Notes under the pieces: generated by a model
What the model was told of the DNA's origin: nothing
The model's database searches: none
What the model saw: the letters and a program-made list of their open reading frames with translations, nothing else
Translations under genes and position numbers: made by a program
DNA from: Elusimicrobiota bacterium
GTDB taxonomy: Bacteria > Elusimicrobiota > Elusimicrobia > Elusimicrobiales > UBA9959
Length of the DNA stretch: 64,000 bases
Direction of reading: 5' to 3'
NCBI GenBank assembly: GCA_012517235.1
Contig: JAAYVI010000037.1
Location: forward strand, 15,411 to 79,410
In this document: in pieces, positions 44,352 through 52,788 of the stretch
Numbering within the stretch: position 1 is the first letter of the stretch
Layout of the letters: each line of letters begins with the position of its first letter

Positions 44352-45521
44352 TTATGCTTTAACGGCTATTGCGGTTTTCTTTTCCCAAGAGAAAAGATTT
44401 CTTCCGAAATGTCCGTAAGCGGCCGTATCATAATAAACGGGTTTTAGCAAATCCAATCTTTCTATTATCGCTTTCGGTCTAAAATCAAAGTTCTCCGAAA
44501 CTATTTTGGCAAGATTTTCATCGCTCGTATCTCCGGTATCGAAAGAGTTAACCATAATGGAAAGAGGCTTTTCTACTCCTATGGCATAAGCAACCTGTAT
44601 CAAACATTTTCGGCAATATCCGTTTTCGACGAGATTTTTTGCGGCATATCGAGCCATATATGCGGCCGAACGGTCTACTTTACTGGGATCTTTTCCCGAA
44701 AAAGCTCCCCCTCCGTGAGGCGCCATACCGCCGTAAGTATCTACTACTATTTTTCTGCCTGTAAGTCCGGTATCCGCGGCGGGACCTCCCAATAGAAAAG
44801 AGCCGGTCGGATTTATATAAATATTTTGCATGTTTTCATTTTCAAAATATTCTCCGCAGACAGGTTTTATTACTTTTTCATATAATTCGTTTCTAAATTC
44901 TTCGTTTATATTTTTTCCGTCTTTTGTTACTTTGCGGTTATGCTGAACGGAAAGAACTACGGACCCTATTTTCTCCGGCTCACCTTTTGAATTATACCAA
45001 ACCGACACTTGAGACTTGGCGTCGGGACCCGCATTTTTTATTTCCCCGCTCTTTCGCAAAGAAGCGTATCTTTCCAAAATTTTATTTGCATAACTCATGG
45101 CAAAAGGCATATATTCCTCTGTTTCGTCGGAAGCGTATCCGAACATTATTCCCTGATCTCCCGCGCCTCCGGTATTTACTCCTTGAGCTATATACGGCGA
45201 CTGAGTATCCAAATGCAGCCTGTATTTTATTTTTTCCGGATCATATTGCCAATCTTTGGAATATCCCGTTTCATAAATGGTATTTTTTATAAGACTAAGA
45301 ACTTCTTCTTTTATTTCCTTCCCGGACGGCTTATATGAGCTTTTTATCTCGGCGCTTACGTATAAATCTTTATGAGAAGCCATAGTTTCGCAAGCCACTC
45401 TCGAATTCTTATCTTTGGAAAGATAAAAATCAAGTATTTTATCGGATATTCTGTCGCAGAGTTTATCGGGATGTCCTTCCGAAACGGATTCCGAGGAAAA
45501 CCACTGATTGATTATTTTCAT
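44352..45521 (-). CDS. metK: S-adenosylmethionine synthetase
   Basis: FSSESVSEGHPDKLCD, GAGDQGIMFGYA and GGGAFSGKDPSKVDRSAAY are canonical MetK motifs. Confidence 0.97.
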   Translation of the reverse strand: MKIINQWFSSESVSEGHPDKLCDRISDKILDFYLSKDKNSRVACETMASHKDLYVSAEIKSSYKPSGKEIKEEVLSLIKNTIYETGYSKDWQYDPEKIKYRLHLDTQSPYIAQGVNTGGAGDQGIMFGYASDETEEYMPFAMSYANKILERYASLRKSGEIKNAGPDAKSQVSVWYNSKGEPEKIGSVVLSVQHNRKVTKDGKNINEEFRNELYEKVIKPVCGEYFENENMQNIYINPTGSFLLGGPAADTGLTGRKIVVDTYGGMAPHGGGAFSGKDPSKVDRSAAYMARYAAKNLVENGYCRKCLIQVAYAIGVEKPLSIMVNSFDTGDTSDENLAKIVSENFDFRPKAIIERLDLLKPVYYDTAAYGHFGRNLFSWEKKTAIAVKA

Positions 45522-45682
45522 TTTTTTCTCCTTTATGTCTTTGCTAAGACGGAAAATAAAAAACCCGCTTTTATAAGCGGGTTTAAAAAGTAATAATCCG
45601 CTTAGATAGTATTTTAAGGGCCTATCAAGTCAGCAAATCGCCCCTGAAGTTTTTTACGCTTCTAATTTTTACAAAGACCTAT
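45522..45682 (-). promoter_or_regulatory. About 160-nt structured metK leader with intrinsic terminator and alternative antiterminator pairing (candidate riboswitch or attenuator)
   Basis: Terminator AAACCCGCTT-ATAA-AAGCGGGTTT plus T6 (plus coordinates 45556-45585). The upstream TAAGCGG (plus 45598-45604) can instead pair with CCGCTTA of the terminator 5' arm. Further 5' helices are possible (AGGGGC/GCCCTT; CTTGATAG/CTATC-AAG). Confidence 0.45.
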
Positions 45683-45688
45683 AAATTC

Positions 45689-45717
45689 ATTTTATAATTT
45701 TTAAGAGTATTTGTCAA
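45689..45717 (-). promoter_or_regulatory. Candidate promoter of metK
   Basis: TTGACA (45717-45712, overlapping the upstream stop codon), 17 nt, TAAAAT (45694-45689). Confidence 0.55.
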
Positions 45718-46349
45718 AAATCTATCTTGACGGAAGATTGGATTATATTTACGGATTTCCAGTCGCCCGCAGTTTTGTCCGCTTGAACTATATAAGATAA
45801 ACCCAAGCTTAAAACGGAGGAAAATTTTCTGGAAGCGGACATAAAAAGTCTATTTCGGTAAAAGCCGTACGGTCTGGATCCGGTAAGGTCCATCCTCATC
45901 TCGTCGGCAACTGAAAAAGTATTTTTTCCTTTATTTAGAGAAAGCGAAACTCTCGGTCTGTGATAATCAAATTTCGAAGGAGAAGTGAGAAAATAATAAA
46001 ACCTGTCCATAATTCTAAACGATAATCCCGGCAAAAGGTTAAAATCATAAAATAATCCGGGCACAATATAAAAAGAACCTTTCCATGTCTTATCCGATTT
46101 TAAAGACGATTCGGAGTAAAATTCGCAATAAGCGCCCAAATCTTTATAAAACTTATTCGAATAATTTACGGTCAAAAATTGAAAATACGAATCGGATATT
46201 GTCTCCGAAAAGTAGTTATAATATCCCAATCCCAAATTTTCTTTTTGAGATATCTTATGAGAAGCCGTATTTTCCGACCAGAACTGCCAATCGGAAGAAA
46301 AAGAATTTGAAACCGACAAGAAAAAGATAAGTATTATTATTTTCTTCAT
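45714..46349 (-). CDS. Outer-membrane beta-barrel-like protein (DUF2490-like)
   Basis: ATG 46349 (MKKIIILIFFLSVSNSFS signal peptide; AAGGAG RBS). Aromatic-rich alternating segments and a terminal F. Family assigned from memory. Confidence 0.45.
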   Translation of the reverse strand: MKKIIILIFFLSVSNSFSSDWQFWSENTASHKISQKENLGLGYYNYFSETISDSYFQFLTVNYSNKFYKDLGAYCEFYSESSLKSDKTWKGSFYIVPGLFYDFNLLPGLSFRIMDRFYYFLTSPSKFDYHRPRVSLSLNKGKNTFSVADEMRMDLTGSRPYGFYRNRLFMSASRKFSSVLSLGLSYIVQADKTAGDWKSVNIIQSSVKIDF

Positions 46350-46359
46350 TTTATTCTCC

Positions 46360-46710
46360 TTATTTTCCGCAACAACCGCCTTCGTCGCCGGAGCAGCAAT
46401 CGTCATTATGTTCACCGCAGCAATCGTGTCCCTGTGGTTTCGGACCTATGCCTTCCACAAAAATATTCCCTTTTTCATCGGCATCCATCCATGCTTTTTC
46501 CAATACCTTGGCCGCATCCGCCGATAAGTAATATTTCAGGCCTTCGTTTTCTATTTCCAAATCTCCTTGCGATTTTTCCTGAGAAAGTTCCATATTTATA
46601 TTATCGGAACAGCATCCTCTTTCTATGGATATTCTAAGACGAACCCCTTGAGGAGCGTCTTTTGTAAGTTCCTTTATCTTCTCGGCGGCATTTTTTCTTA
46701 TTTCAAACAT
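46360..46710 (-). CDS. HesB/IscA-like protein with Cys-pair-rich C-terminal tail
   Basis: An IscA-like N-terminus (ITKNAAEKIKEL-type: IRKNAAEKIKELTK...GVRLRISIERGCCSD). The C-terminus is GHDCCGEHNDDCCSGDEGGCCGK rather than the canonical CGC. Confidence 0.5.
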   Translation of the reverse strand: MFEIRKNAAEKIKELTKDAPQGVRLRISIERGCCSDNINMELSQEKSQGDLEIENEGLKYYLSADAAKVLEKAWMDADEKGNIFVEGIGPKPQGHDCCGEHNDDCCSGDEGGCCGK

Positions 46711-46770
46711 TTTTTCTCCTTAAATTTAATCTTTGGTATATTTAACAAAATTATTGAAAATTAAACAAAA

Positions 46771-47520
46771 TTAAAAATTGAAAGAATAAGCGCCCAAAAA
46801 CATTAAATCTCTTTTTTTCGAAACTATGGGACTGGCGGTTATTTTTTTATTAAGCTCTTTCAATGAAATTAAAATATAAACGGATGTTTTTTTATATCTT
46901 TTTAAAAAAGACAAATCGGCTCCGAAACTTAAAACTTCTCCCGGCAAATAATAAGGGCGACCCGGAACCGCTTCATTTTTATAAACTCCGTAGTTAAAAT
47001 TTGCTTTTTCAGAACTTTCATAAATCCCTTTTATCTTTAACGATAAAAAAGAGTTCGCTAAAGCGAACCTGCGCGACATAAAAACTTCTCCGCCCCATCC
47101 TTTATCCAAATCTTTCACATCCGAAGAGAGAGCGGAGCCGCAAGAGTACGGCCCTAAAAAATATTCGGCGGAATTTAAAAAATTTAATTGAAATTCTTTC
47201 TCTCTCATACCCGATAGATATTCGCTGTCTTTGGGACTAAAGCCGGAGAATCCTAATCCGATACCGGCCGAATAACTTATTTTTTTTGATTTATAAATAG
47301 AGTATGAAGTATTTATTCCGTTAAAAGAAAATCTTCCTTTGCGAACCGACAATACAGGAATCGGAATAATTTTATCTTTTGTTCCTTTGTATATCGATTT
47401 CTGCCAAATAATTCCCGGCCCCAAAGACCATGACGTCCTATTGCCGTTTTTTTCATATTCTTGCGAATAAAGAGAAGAAATAAATAGCAGAAAAATCAAA
47501 AAAAAATTATAAAAAAGCAT
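46771..47520 (-). CDS. MipA/OmpV-family outer-membrane protein
   Basis: Signal peptide. WSLGPGIIWQKSIYKGTKDKIIPIPVLSVRKGRFSFNG matches the MipA N-terminal pattern. Terminal F. Confidence 0.65.
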   Translation of the reverse strand: MLFYNFFLIFLLFISSLYSQEYEKNGNRTSWSLGPGIIWQKSIYKGTKDKIIPIPVLSVRKGRFSFNGINTSYSIYKSKKISYSAGIGLGFSGFSPKDSEYLSGMREKEFQLNFLNSAEYFLGPYSCGSALSSDVKDLDKGWGGEVFMSRRFALANSFLSLKIKGIYESSEKANFNYGVYKNEAVPGRPYYLPGEVLSFGADLSFLKRYKKTSVYILISLKELNKKITASPIVSKKRDLMFLGAYSFNF

Positions 47521-47623
47521 TTTCAAATTTTATCAAATTGAGATTTGATATTTGGAAAACAATTGCGGACTTTCGAGTCCCGACGCAAGCCAAGCAGTTG
47601 GCTTGCTCCCTAAAATGAAAAAG

Positions 47624-47695
47624 CTCCCCGGGCAGGACTCGAACCTGCAACCTATCGGTTAACAGCCGACCGCTCCACCATTGAGCTACCGGGGA
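47624..47695 (-). tRNA. tRNA-Asn (anticodon GTT), CCA not encoded
   Basis: Hand-folded: TCCCCGG/CCGGGGA acceptor, GCTC/GAGC D stem, GTCGG-CTGTTAA-CCGAT anticodon arm, GCAGG-TTCGAGT-CCTGC T arm, discriminator G. Confidence 0.93.
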
Positions 47696-47746
47696 ACAAC
47701 TAAAGAACAATATCTAATTTACAAAATTTCAATATAAAAATCAAAT

Positions 47747-48472
47747 TTACAAAGGATACTCCATCCATACGCAGGGCATATTATAAATTCCGATATCCGA
47801 CGATTTTTCATATCTCATCGGACTTAATCCGCCGGGTATTATATAAGATCCGCTATAAGGGATTTCAAGTTCGGTCCATTCTTTCCATTGCGCAGAACTG
47901 CCTTTTATGCTTATACAGCTTTGAGATGTTTTTATTATCTTTCCGCCCATTTTAAAATGAAGTCTTGTCCAGGGGTCAAATGCCTCGCCTTTTTCATTTT
48001 TCCATAAACAATATTCTTCTATGGGGATTAAAGGATATTTGTGTTTAAGTATAGGTCTGGTAGGAAGAATGACGGATTTAATTTTTTCCGAAACGGCTTT
48101 ATTTTTCATTTCTTTTAATAATATGGAACTTAAACCTTTTCCTTTGTTTTTCTCGTCGACTACGGCGGATATGGCCAAAAGAATATTAGGTTTGACTTTT
48201 TCTCTATTTTGAGCCAAAGCGGTTAATATTAAAACGGAAATATCGTCTTCTATTTTATTTAAATCGCCTTGATAAAATAAAGGTACGGTAAATCCGGCGG
48301 CCGACAATTCTCCTTTTTCCGATATTATTACTTGATATTTTTTGAAATAAATAAAAATCTCATCCCAACCCGGACATTCCCAATTTAGCAGATATTTAGG
48401 CCATCCCTTTTTATTAAGATCTCTTGCCTTTCTTTCGTATTCAGGTTTGGACATTAAATCAAAAATTTCCAT
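47747..48472 (-). CDS. Hypothetical protein, possibly GNAT-like acyltransferase
   Basis: Central AISAVVDEKNKGKGLSSILLKEMK resembles the acetyl-CoA-binding Q/R-x-x-G-x-G/A segment. Otherwise unrecognised. Confidence 0.35.
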   Translation of the reverse strand: MEIFDLMSKPEYERKARDLNKKGWPKYLLNWECPGWDEIFIYFKKYQVIISEKGELSAAGFTVPLFYQGDLNKIEDDISVLILTALAQNREKVKPNILLAISAVVDEKNKGKGLSSILLKEMKNKAVSEKIKSVILPTRPILKHKYPLIPIEEYCLWKNEKGEAFDPWTRLHFKMGGKIIKTSQSCISIKGSSAQWKEWTELEIPYSGSYIIPGGLSPMRYEKSSDIGIYNMPCVWMEYPL

Positions 48473-48560
48473 TTTTCCCGTCCTAATGTTGAGCAATAGT
48501 TCTTAATTTAATATAATTACACTATTATACAAAAATCAAACCAATACTATGGAGAAACTA

Positions 48561-49058
48561 ATGAAAAAATCAACATTAATCTTATTCTTGTCGGTATTTG
48601 CTTCATGCGCTACCTTTATAAATACTTCGACCCCTCCTTCCATAGAAAAGAAAAGTAAAATAGCCGTACTTCCTTTAATAAATAACAGCGAAACTCCAAT
48701 GTCGGGTTTTAAAGCGAAAAACATTATAGAAAACGAATTTTATTCCAAAGGTTTTTATGTTATGCCTTTAGAAAGTTTTTACTCGGATGAAAATTTTTCG
48801 GAAAAAGAAATAAAAGAAGCCTTATTTCAATTGAAAGAAAAAGGCGCGGACTATGCCCTTTACGGATATATAAACGAATGGAGATATAAATCCGGAGCGG
48901 ACTATGAGCCGGCCGTTAGCCTGACTCTTAACATATATGACGTTAGAAGCGAAAAGATAATATGGAGCGCCGGCGGGTCTAAAACTATGTCTTCTTATAA
49001 ATCCGCGGGAATAACGGCGCAAAAGTTAATAAAGAATCTTTTATCACCCATTAAATGA
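48561..49058 (+). CDS. pelC: PelC-like outer-membrane lipoprotein
   Basis: Lipobox LSVFASC, then KIAVLPLINNSETP (the PelC/LpoB-type AVLP motif). About 165 aa, first gene of the pel string. ATG 48561 has GGAGAA upstream. Confidence 0.65.
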   Translation: MKKSTLILFLSVFASCATFINTSTPPSIEKKSKIAVLPLINNSETPMSGFKAKNIIENEFYSKGFYVMPLESFYSDENFSEKEIKEALFQLKEKGADYALYGYINEWRYKSGADYEPAVSLTLNIYDVRSEKIIWSAGGSKTMSSYKSAGITAQKLIKNLLSPIK

Positions 49059-50314
49059 GAAAATTTAACTTTTTTTCCGAAATATCCGTCTTAGGGCTGG
49101 TTTTTGAAATTTTTTTGATTTCTTTTGTTTTTTTTTCTTTGGGGTATATTTCAAACAAAACCGATCCGCTTCTTATTAATTCAGAAATAAACATTTTGTT
49201 AATACTCGTTTCCGTAGTAACTCTTTTTTACGGCTTATTTTCCGGATTATTAATAATAGTTATAACCTCTCTGGGTTTATATCACTTTTACAAACCTTTT
49301 CCTTATAATTATTTTATTAATAATTTGCTGTTTATGCTTATTTTTTCCGAGTTTCATTTTTTTTGGAATAGAACTCTCGATAAGCTGAGAAAACAAAACG
49401 AGTATATAGAAATAAGGCTATCGGAACTTACGAGAAACTTCTATGCTTTAAAACTTTCGCACGACCAGCTAGAAAAAAGCTATATAATGAAACCTAACAG
49501 CCTTAGAAATGTCCTCAATCAAATTAAAAACATTTACCTTCAAAATCCATCACATGCCGAAGAAGAACTCTTAACTATAATAGCTAAGAATTACGGGATA
49601 AAAAAAGCGGCTTTATTTGCAAAAAATGAAAAGTCGTTTTCGTTATCTTATTCTTATTATTTCACCGGAAGTTTAAACGAAGATAGCCGCGTTTTGGAAG
49701 ACGCTTTAAACACAAAATCTCCGTCATATCTTTCAAAATTTGAGGACATAAAAAAAGATTACTTGGCGGTTTTGCCGACATACGACGCATCCGACAAGTT
49801 AAATTCGATAATGGTCATAGAAGATATGCAATTTCTTCACTTTAATAAAGATACTATTTTTTCCGTTTGGGTAATACTTAATTATTTTTCAGATTTTAAA
49901 TCACAAGCCGATTATTCTTCGGATTTGATAAAAAAATATCCGCATTGCCCTTCCGATTTCTTAGTTGAGATAAAAAGGCTCTCTCATATTAAGAAAAAAC
50001 TCGGAATAAAAAGTCTTATTTTGGTAGTCAAAATAAAGAAATCCGGGGTTGAAACGGAGGATATAAATTCGTTCATATCCAAAAATCTAAGGGGTATGGA
50101 TATGTCATGTTACAAAGAAAATATGATTTTTATACTTTTTCCTCTGGTTTCATATTCCAATATTCAGCCGGTAATAAAAAAGATTGAAGCTCAAACTTCC
50201 GCAAGATTTTCTTTTTCTCAAGGAGATTTTTCTTATAAAGTTTTAGAAATATTGGACAGCCCCTTTAAAACGGCAGATTATATACTGTCTTTGATTAAAA
50301 ATGAATCCGATTAA
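49055..50314 (+). CDS. pelD: PelD-like inner-membrane c-di-GMP receptor (4 TM, coiled-coil, GAF-like, degenerate GGDEF)
   Basis: Four N-terminal TM helices and a juxtamembrane heptad region. The C-terminal domain has RGMD (RxxD, aa 346-349) a few residues before a degenerate YKENM where GGDEF would be. Confidence 0.7.
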   Translation: MRKFNFFSEISVLGLVFEIFLISFVFFSLGYISNKTDPLLINSEINILLILVSVVTLFYGLFSGLLIIVITSLGLYHFYKPFPYNYFINNLLFMLIFSEFHFFWNRTLDKLRKQNEYIEIRLSELTRNFYALKLSHDQLEKSYIMKPNSLRNVLNQIKNIYLQNPSHAEEELLTIIAKNYGIKKAALFAKNEKSFSLSYSYYFTGSLNEDSRVLEDALNTKSPSYLSKFEDIKKDYLAVLPTYDASDKLNSIMVIEDMQFLHFNKDTIFSVWVILNYFSDFKSQADYSSDLIKKYPHCPSDFLVEIKRLSHIKKKLGIKSLILVVKIKKSGVETEDINSFISKNLRGMDMSCYKENMIFILFPLVSYSNIQPVIKKIEAQTSARFSFSQGDFSYKVLEILDSPFKTADYILSLIKNESD

Positions 50315-51290
50315 TATATATAAATCGATATTTTTGGAGATTTCCGCTTTGACAATAGCGCTTTTTGAAAGAAGCTTGGTGTCGGTTATTGCTTTTTTTC
50401 TGCTTCACGGTCTGGCAAGTTTTTTAATATCTCAAATAATTTTAACTCTTATGCCTTCTTCATATAGGAAAAAATATTCCTTAAATCTTTTTTTTATGAC
50501 TCTTTTTAACACTTCGACATTATTTTTGGGATATGCCGCTTCTTTTTATTTGGTTTTGGTAATGCTAAGAAGACAAAAAAATCAGGAAAAATATGAAATA
50601 GATTCTTTAAATTTTTCTCAGCTTATGCTTTTCCCGAAAATTAAAAGACAACTCGGAGAGGGAGCCGCTTCCATCAATCCTTTATCCTTACCTAAGCAAA
50701 CAAAACTTAAGATTATATCCGCCTTTTCCTCTGAAATAAAACCTGAAGCCGTTAAGGTTATAAAAAGCTTTCTTTCCGATGAGGACAATGAAATAAGACT
50801 ATACAGCTTTCAAATGCTAAATAAAATTAAAAACGATATAAACTCCAAAATAAATCTCGCGCTATCCGAACTAGAAAAGGAAGCAATTCCCTTAAAAAAA
50901 GCTATGCTGCAAAAAAGCCTTGCTCTATATTATTCGAATATGTTCAATCTTGAGATTTCCGAAGAAAGTCTTAAAAATTTTTTTATGGAAAAATCCATGT
51001 CATATCTTTCTCAAGCCGAAAGTTTCATGGGAGACGGGGATCTTCTTTTTTTAAAGGGTCAAATATTATTTGCAAGACAAGAATACGATAATGCTTTGGA
51101 AAGCTTGGCAAAATCCATAAAATACGGGATGGACACTCACGCCGTATATCCTCTTATGGCCGAAATTTATTTTATTAAAAGAGATTACAAAATGGTAAGA
51201 GAAACTCTTAAGAAAGATTTTTCCTTAAAACTCGATTTCCATACTATGCCGATATCTATTATTTGGGAGGGACAATTTGCCGGTTATTAA
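50301..51290 (+). CDS. pelE: PelE-like membrane protein with TPR-like C-terminal domain
   Basis: 329 aa. N-terminal TM helices, then helical repeats (LFLKGQILFARQEYDNALESLAKSI). Positioned between pelD and pelF. Confidence 0.6.
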   Translation: MNPINIYKSIFLEISALTIALFERSLVSVIAFFLLHGLASFLISQIILTLMPSSYRKKYSLNLFFMTLFNTSTLFLGYAASFYLVLVMLRRQKNQEKYEIDSLNFSQLMLFPKIKRQLGEGAASINPLSLPKQTKLKIISAFSSEIKPEAVKVIKSFLSDEDNEIRLYSFQMLNKIKNDINSKINLALSELEKEAIPLKKAMLQKSLALYYSNMFNLEISEESLKNFFMEKSMSYLSQAESFMGDGDLLFLKGQILFARQEYDNALESLAKSIKYGMDTHAVYPLMAEIYFIKRDYKMVRETLKKDFSLKLDFHTMPISIIWEGQFAGY

Positions 51291-52788
51291 AAAAGCCGAA
51301 TATGTGGACGTACTATTGCTTTGCGAAGGGACATTCCCTTACATAAAGGGCGGGGTATCCTCTTGGATATATCAGCTTATAAAAGGCTTGTCGGAATTTT
51401 CTTTCGGTATAATATTTCTAGGAGGCAATTCTGACGATTATAAAGAACTCGCATACGACCTTCCGCACAATTTGATACACCTTGAGACTCATTTTCTCTT
51501 CGAAAAAATTTCTTCGAAAAATCAAAGAAAGCCGATAAAAGGAGAAAAAGACCTAGAACAAAAAATGAGAAATCTACATTACTGGTTTAGAACTCACGGA
51601 GACAACTTAAGCGAAGAACTAAAAAAATTAGACTTTTACAAAAGAATAGACCACAAGCAATTTTTACATTCAAAGAAATCTTTTTCTTTTATTACGTCGG
51701 AATATCAAAAAAATTGTCCGGATGTGCCTTTTATAGAATACTTTTGGACGGTAAGAAACATACATTCTCCGATTTGGATAATTGCCAATGCGGCTATGTC
51801 GGTTCCGAAATTTTCCATAGTTCATTCGCCTTCCACGGGTTATGCCGGTCTACTGGGAGCTTTTCTAAAAAATAATTACGGTAAAAAATTTATTCTTACG
51901 GAACATGGGATTTATTTAATGGAAAGAAAAATAGACATAGCTCTCTCTTCGTGGATCGAAGAATATAGAATAAATTTAATGAAAAGTTCCGGAGAAAAAA
52001 ATTATATAAAAGAACTTTGGATAAGACTTTTTAACGGAATTAACAAATTTGCCTACGAAAGCGCGGATCCGATAATTTCTCTTTATTCGGGAGCCAGAAA
52101 GATTCAGCTTGAATACGGAGCAAATATTAATAAAACCATGATAATACCTAACGGAATAAATACCGAAAAATTTTCAAAAATTACAAAGTTAAGAGGCGAT
52201 AAAATATCTAACATAGTAGCCCTTATCGGAAGAGTGGTATCCATAAAAGATATAAAAACATTCATTACGGCTATCAAAATAGCTTCGGAAAAAATAAAAG
52301 ACATTGAGGGATGGGTGGTCGGCCCTACCGAAGAAGACAAAGAATATTACTATGAATGCTTAGAATTGGTAAAAACTCTAAACTTGGAAAATAAAATAAA
52401 ATTTAAAGGCTTTCAAAAGATGGAAGAAATTCTTGCGCAAATAGGACTTTTAACTCTGACATCGGTAAGCGAAGGGATGCCTTTGGTTATACTGGAAGGA
52501 TTTGCGGCCGGTATTCCGGCCGTGGCGACAAATGTGGGAGCATGTCCGGAGCTTATTTACGGAAAAGACGAAGAAGATTTCAAAATAGGAAAAGCGGGAG
52601 AAATAATTCCAACCGCAAATCCTTCTTCTGCGGCGCAAGCATATGTGAGGATTTTATCGGACAAAGCCGTATGGAACCAATATTCGCAAAACGCTTTAAA
52701 AAGAGTAAAAACATTTTATGAAGAAAAAAATCTTCTTAACAAATACAGAGAACTATATTCTTCGGCAATACAAGAAGGTAAAAGCTAA
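51277..52788 (+). CDS. pelF: PelF glycosyltransferase (GT4 with DUF3492-type N-terminus)
   Basis: DVLLLCEGTFPYIKGGVSSWIYQLIKGL matches the PelF N-terminal signature. The C-terminus is GT4 E-x7-E-like (SVSEGMPLVILEGFAAGIP). The TTG start has GGGAGGG 5 nt upstream. Confidence 0.85.
   Translation: MPVIKKAEYVDVLLLCEGTFPYIKGGVSSWIYQLIKGLSEFSFGIIFLGGNSDDYKELAYDLPHNLIHLETHFLFEKISSKNQRKPIKGEKDLEQKMRNLHYWFRTHGDNLSEELKKLDFYKRIDHKQFLHSKKSFSFITSEYQKNCPDVPFIEYFWTVRNIHSPIWIIANAAMSVPKFSIVHSPSTGYAGLLGAFLKNNYGKKFILTEHGIYLMERKIDIALSSWIEEYRINLMKSSGEKNYIKELWIRLFNGINKFAYESADPIISLYSGARKIQLEYGANINKTMIIPNGINTEKFSKITKLRGDKISNIVALIGRVVSIKDIKTFITAIKIASEKIKDIEGWVVGPTEEDKEYYYECLELVKTLNLENKIKFKGFQKMEEILAQIGLLTLTSVSEGMPLVILEGFAAGIPAVATNVGACPELIYGKDEEDFKIGKAGEIIPTANPSSAAQAYVRILSDKAVWNQYSQNALKRVKTFYEEKNLLNKYRELYSSAIQEGKS

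Noticed and set aside
47507-47710. 67-aa ORF on the minus strand.
   Set aside because: It is read straight through the tRNA-Asn gene (47624-47695), so it is not a protein gene.
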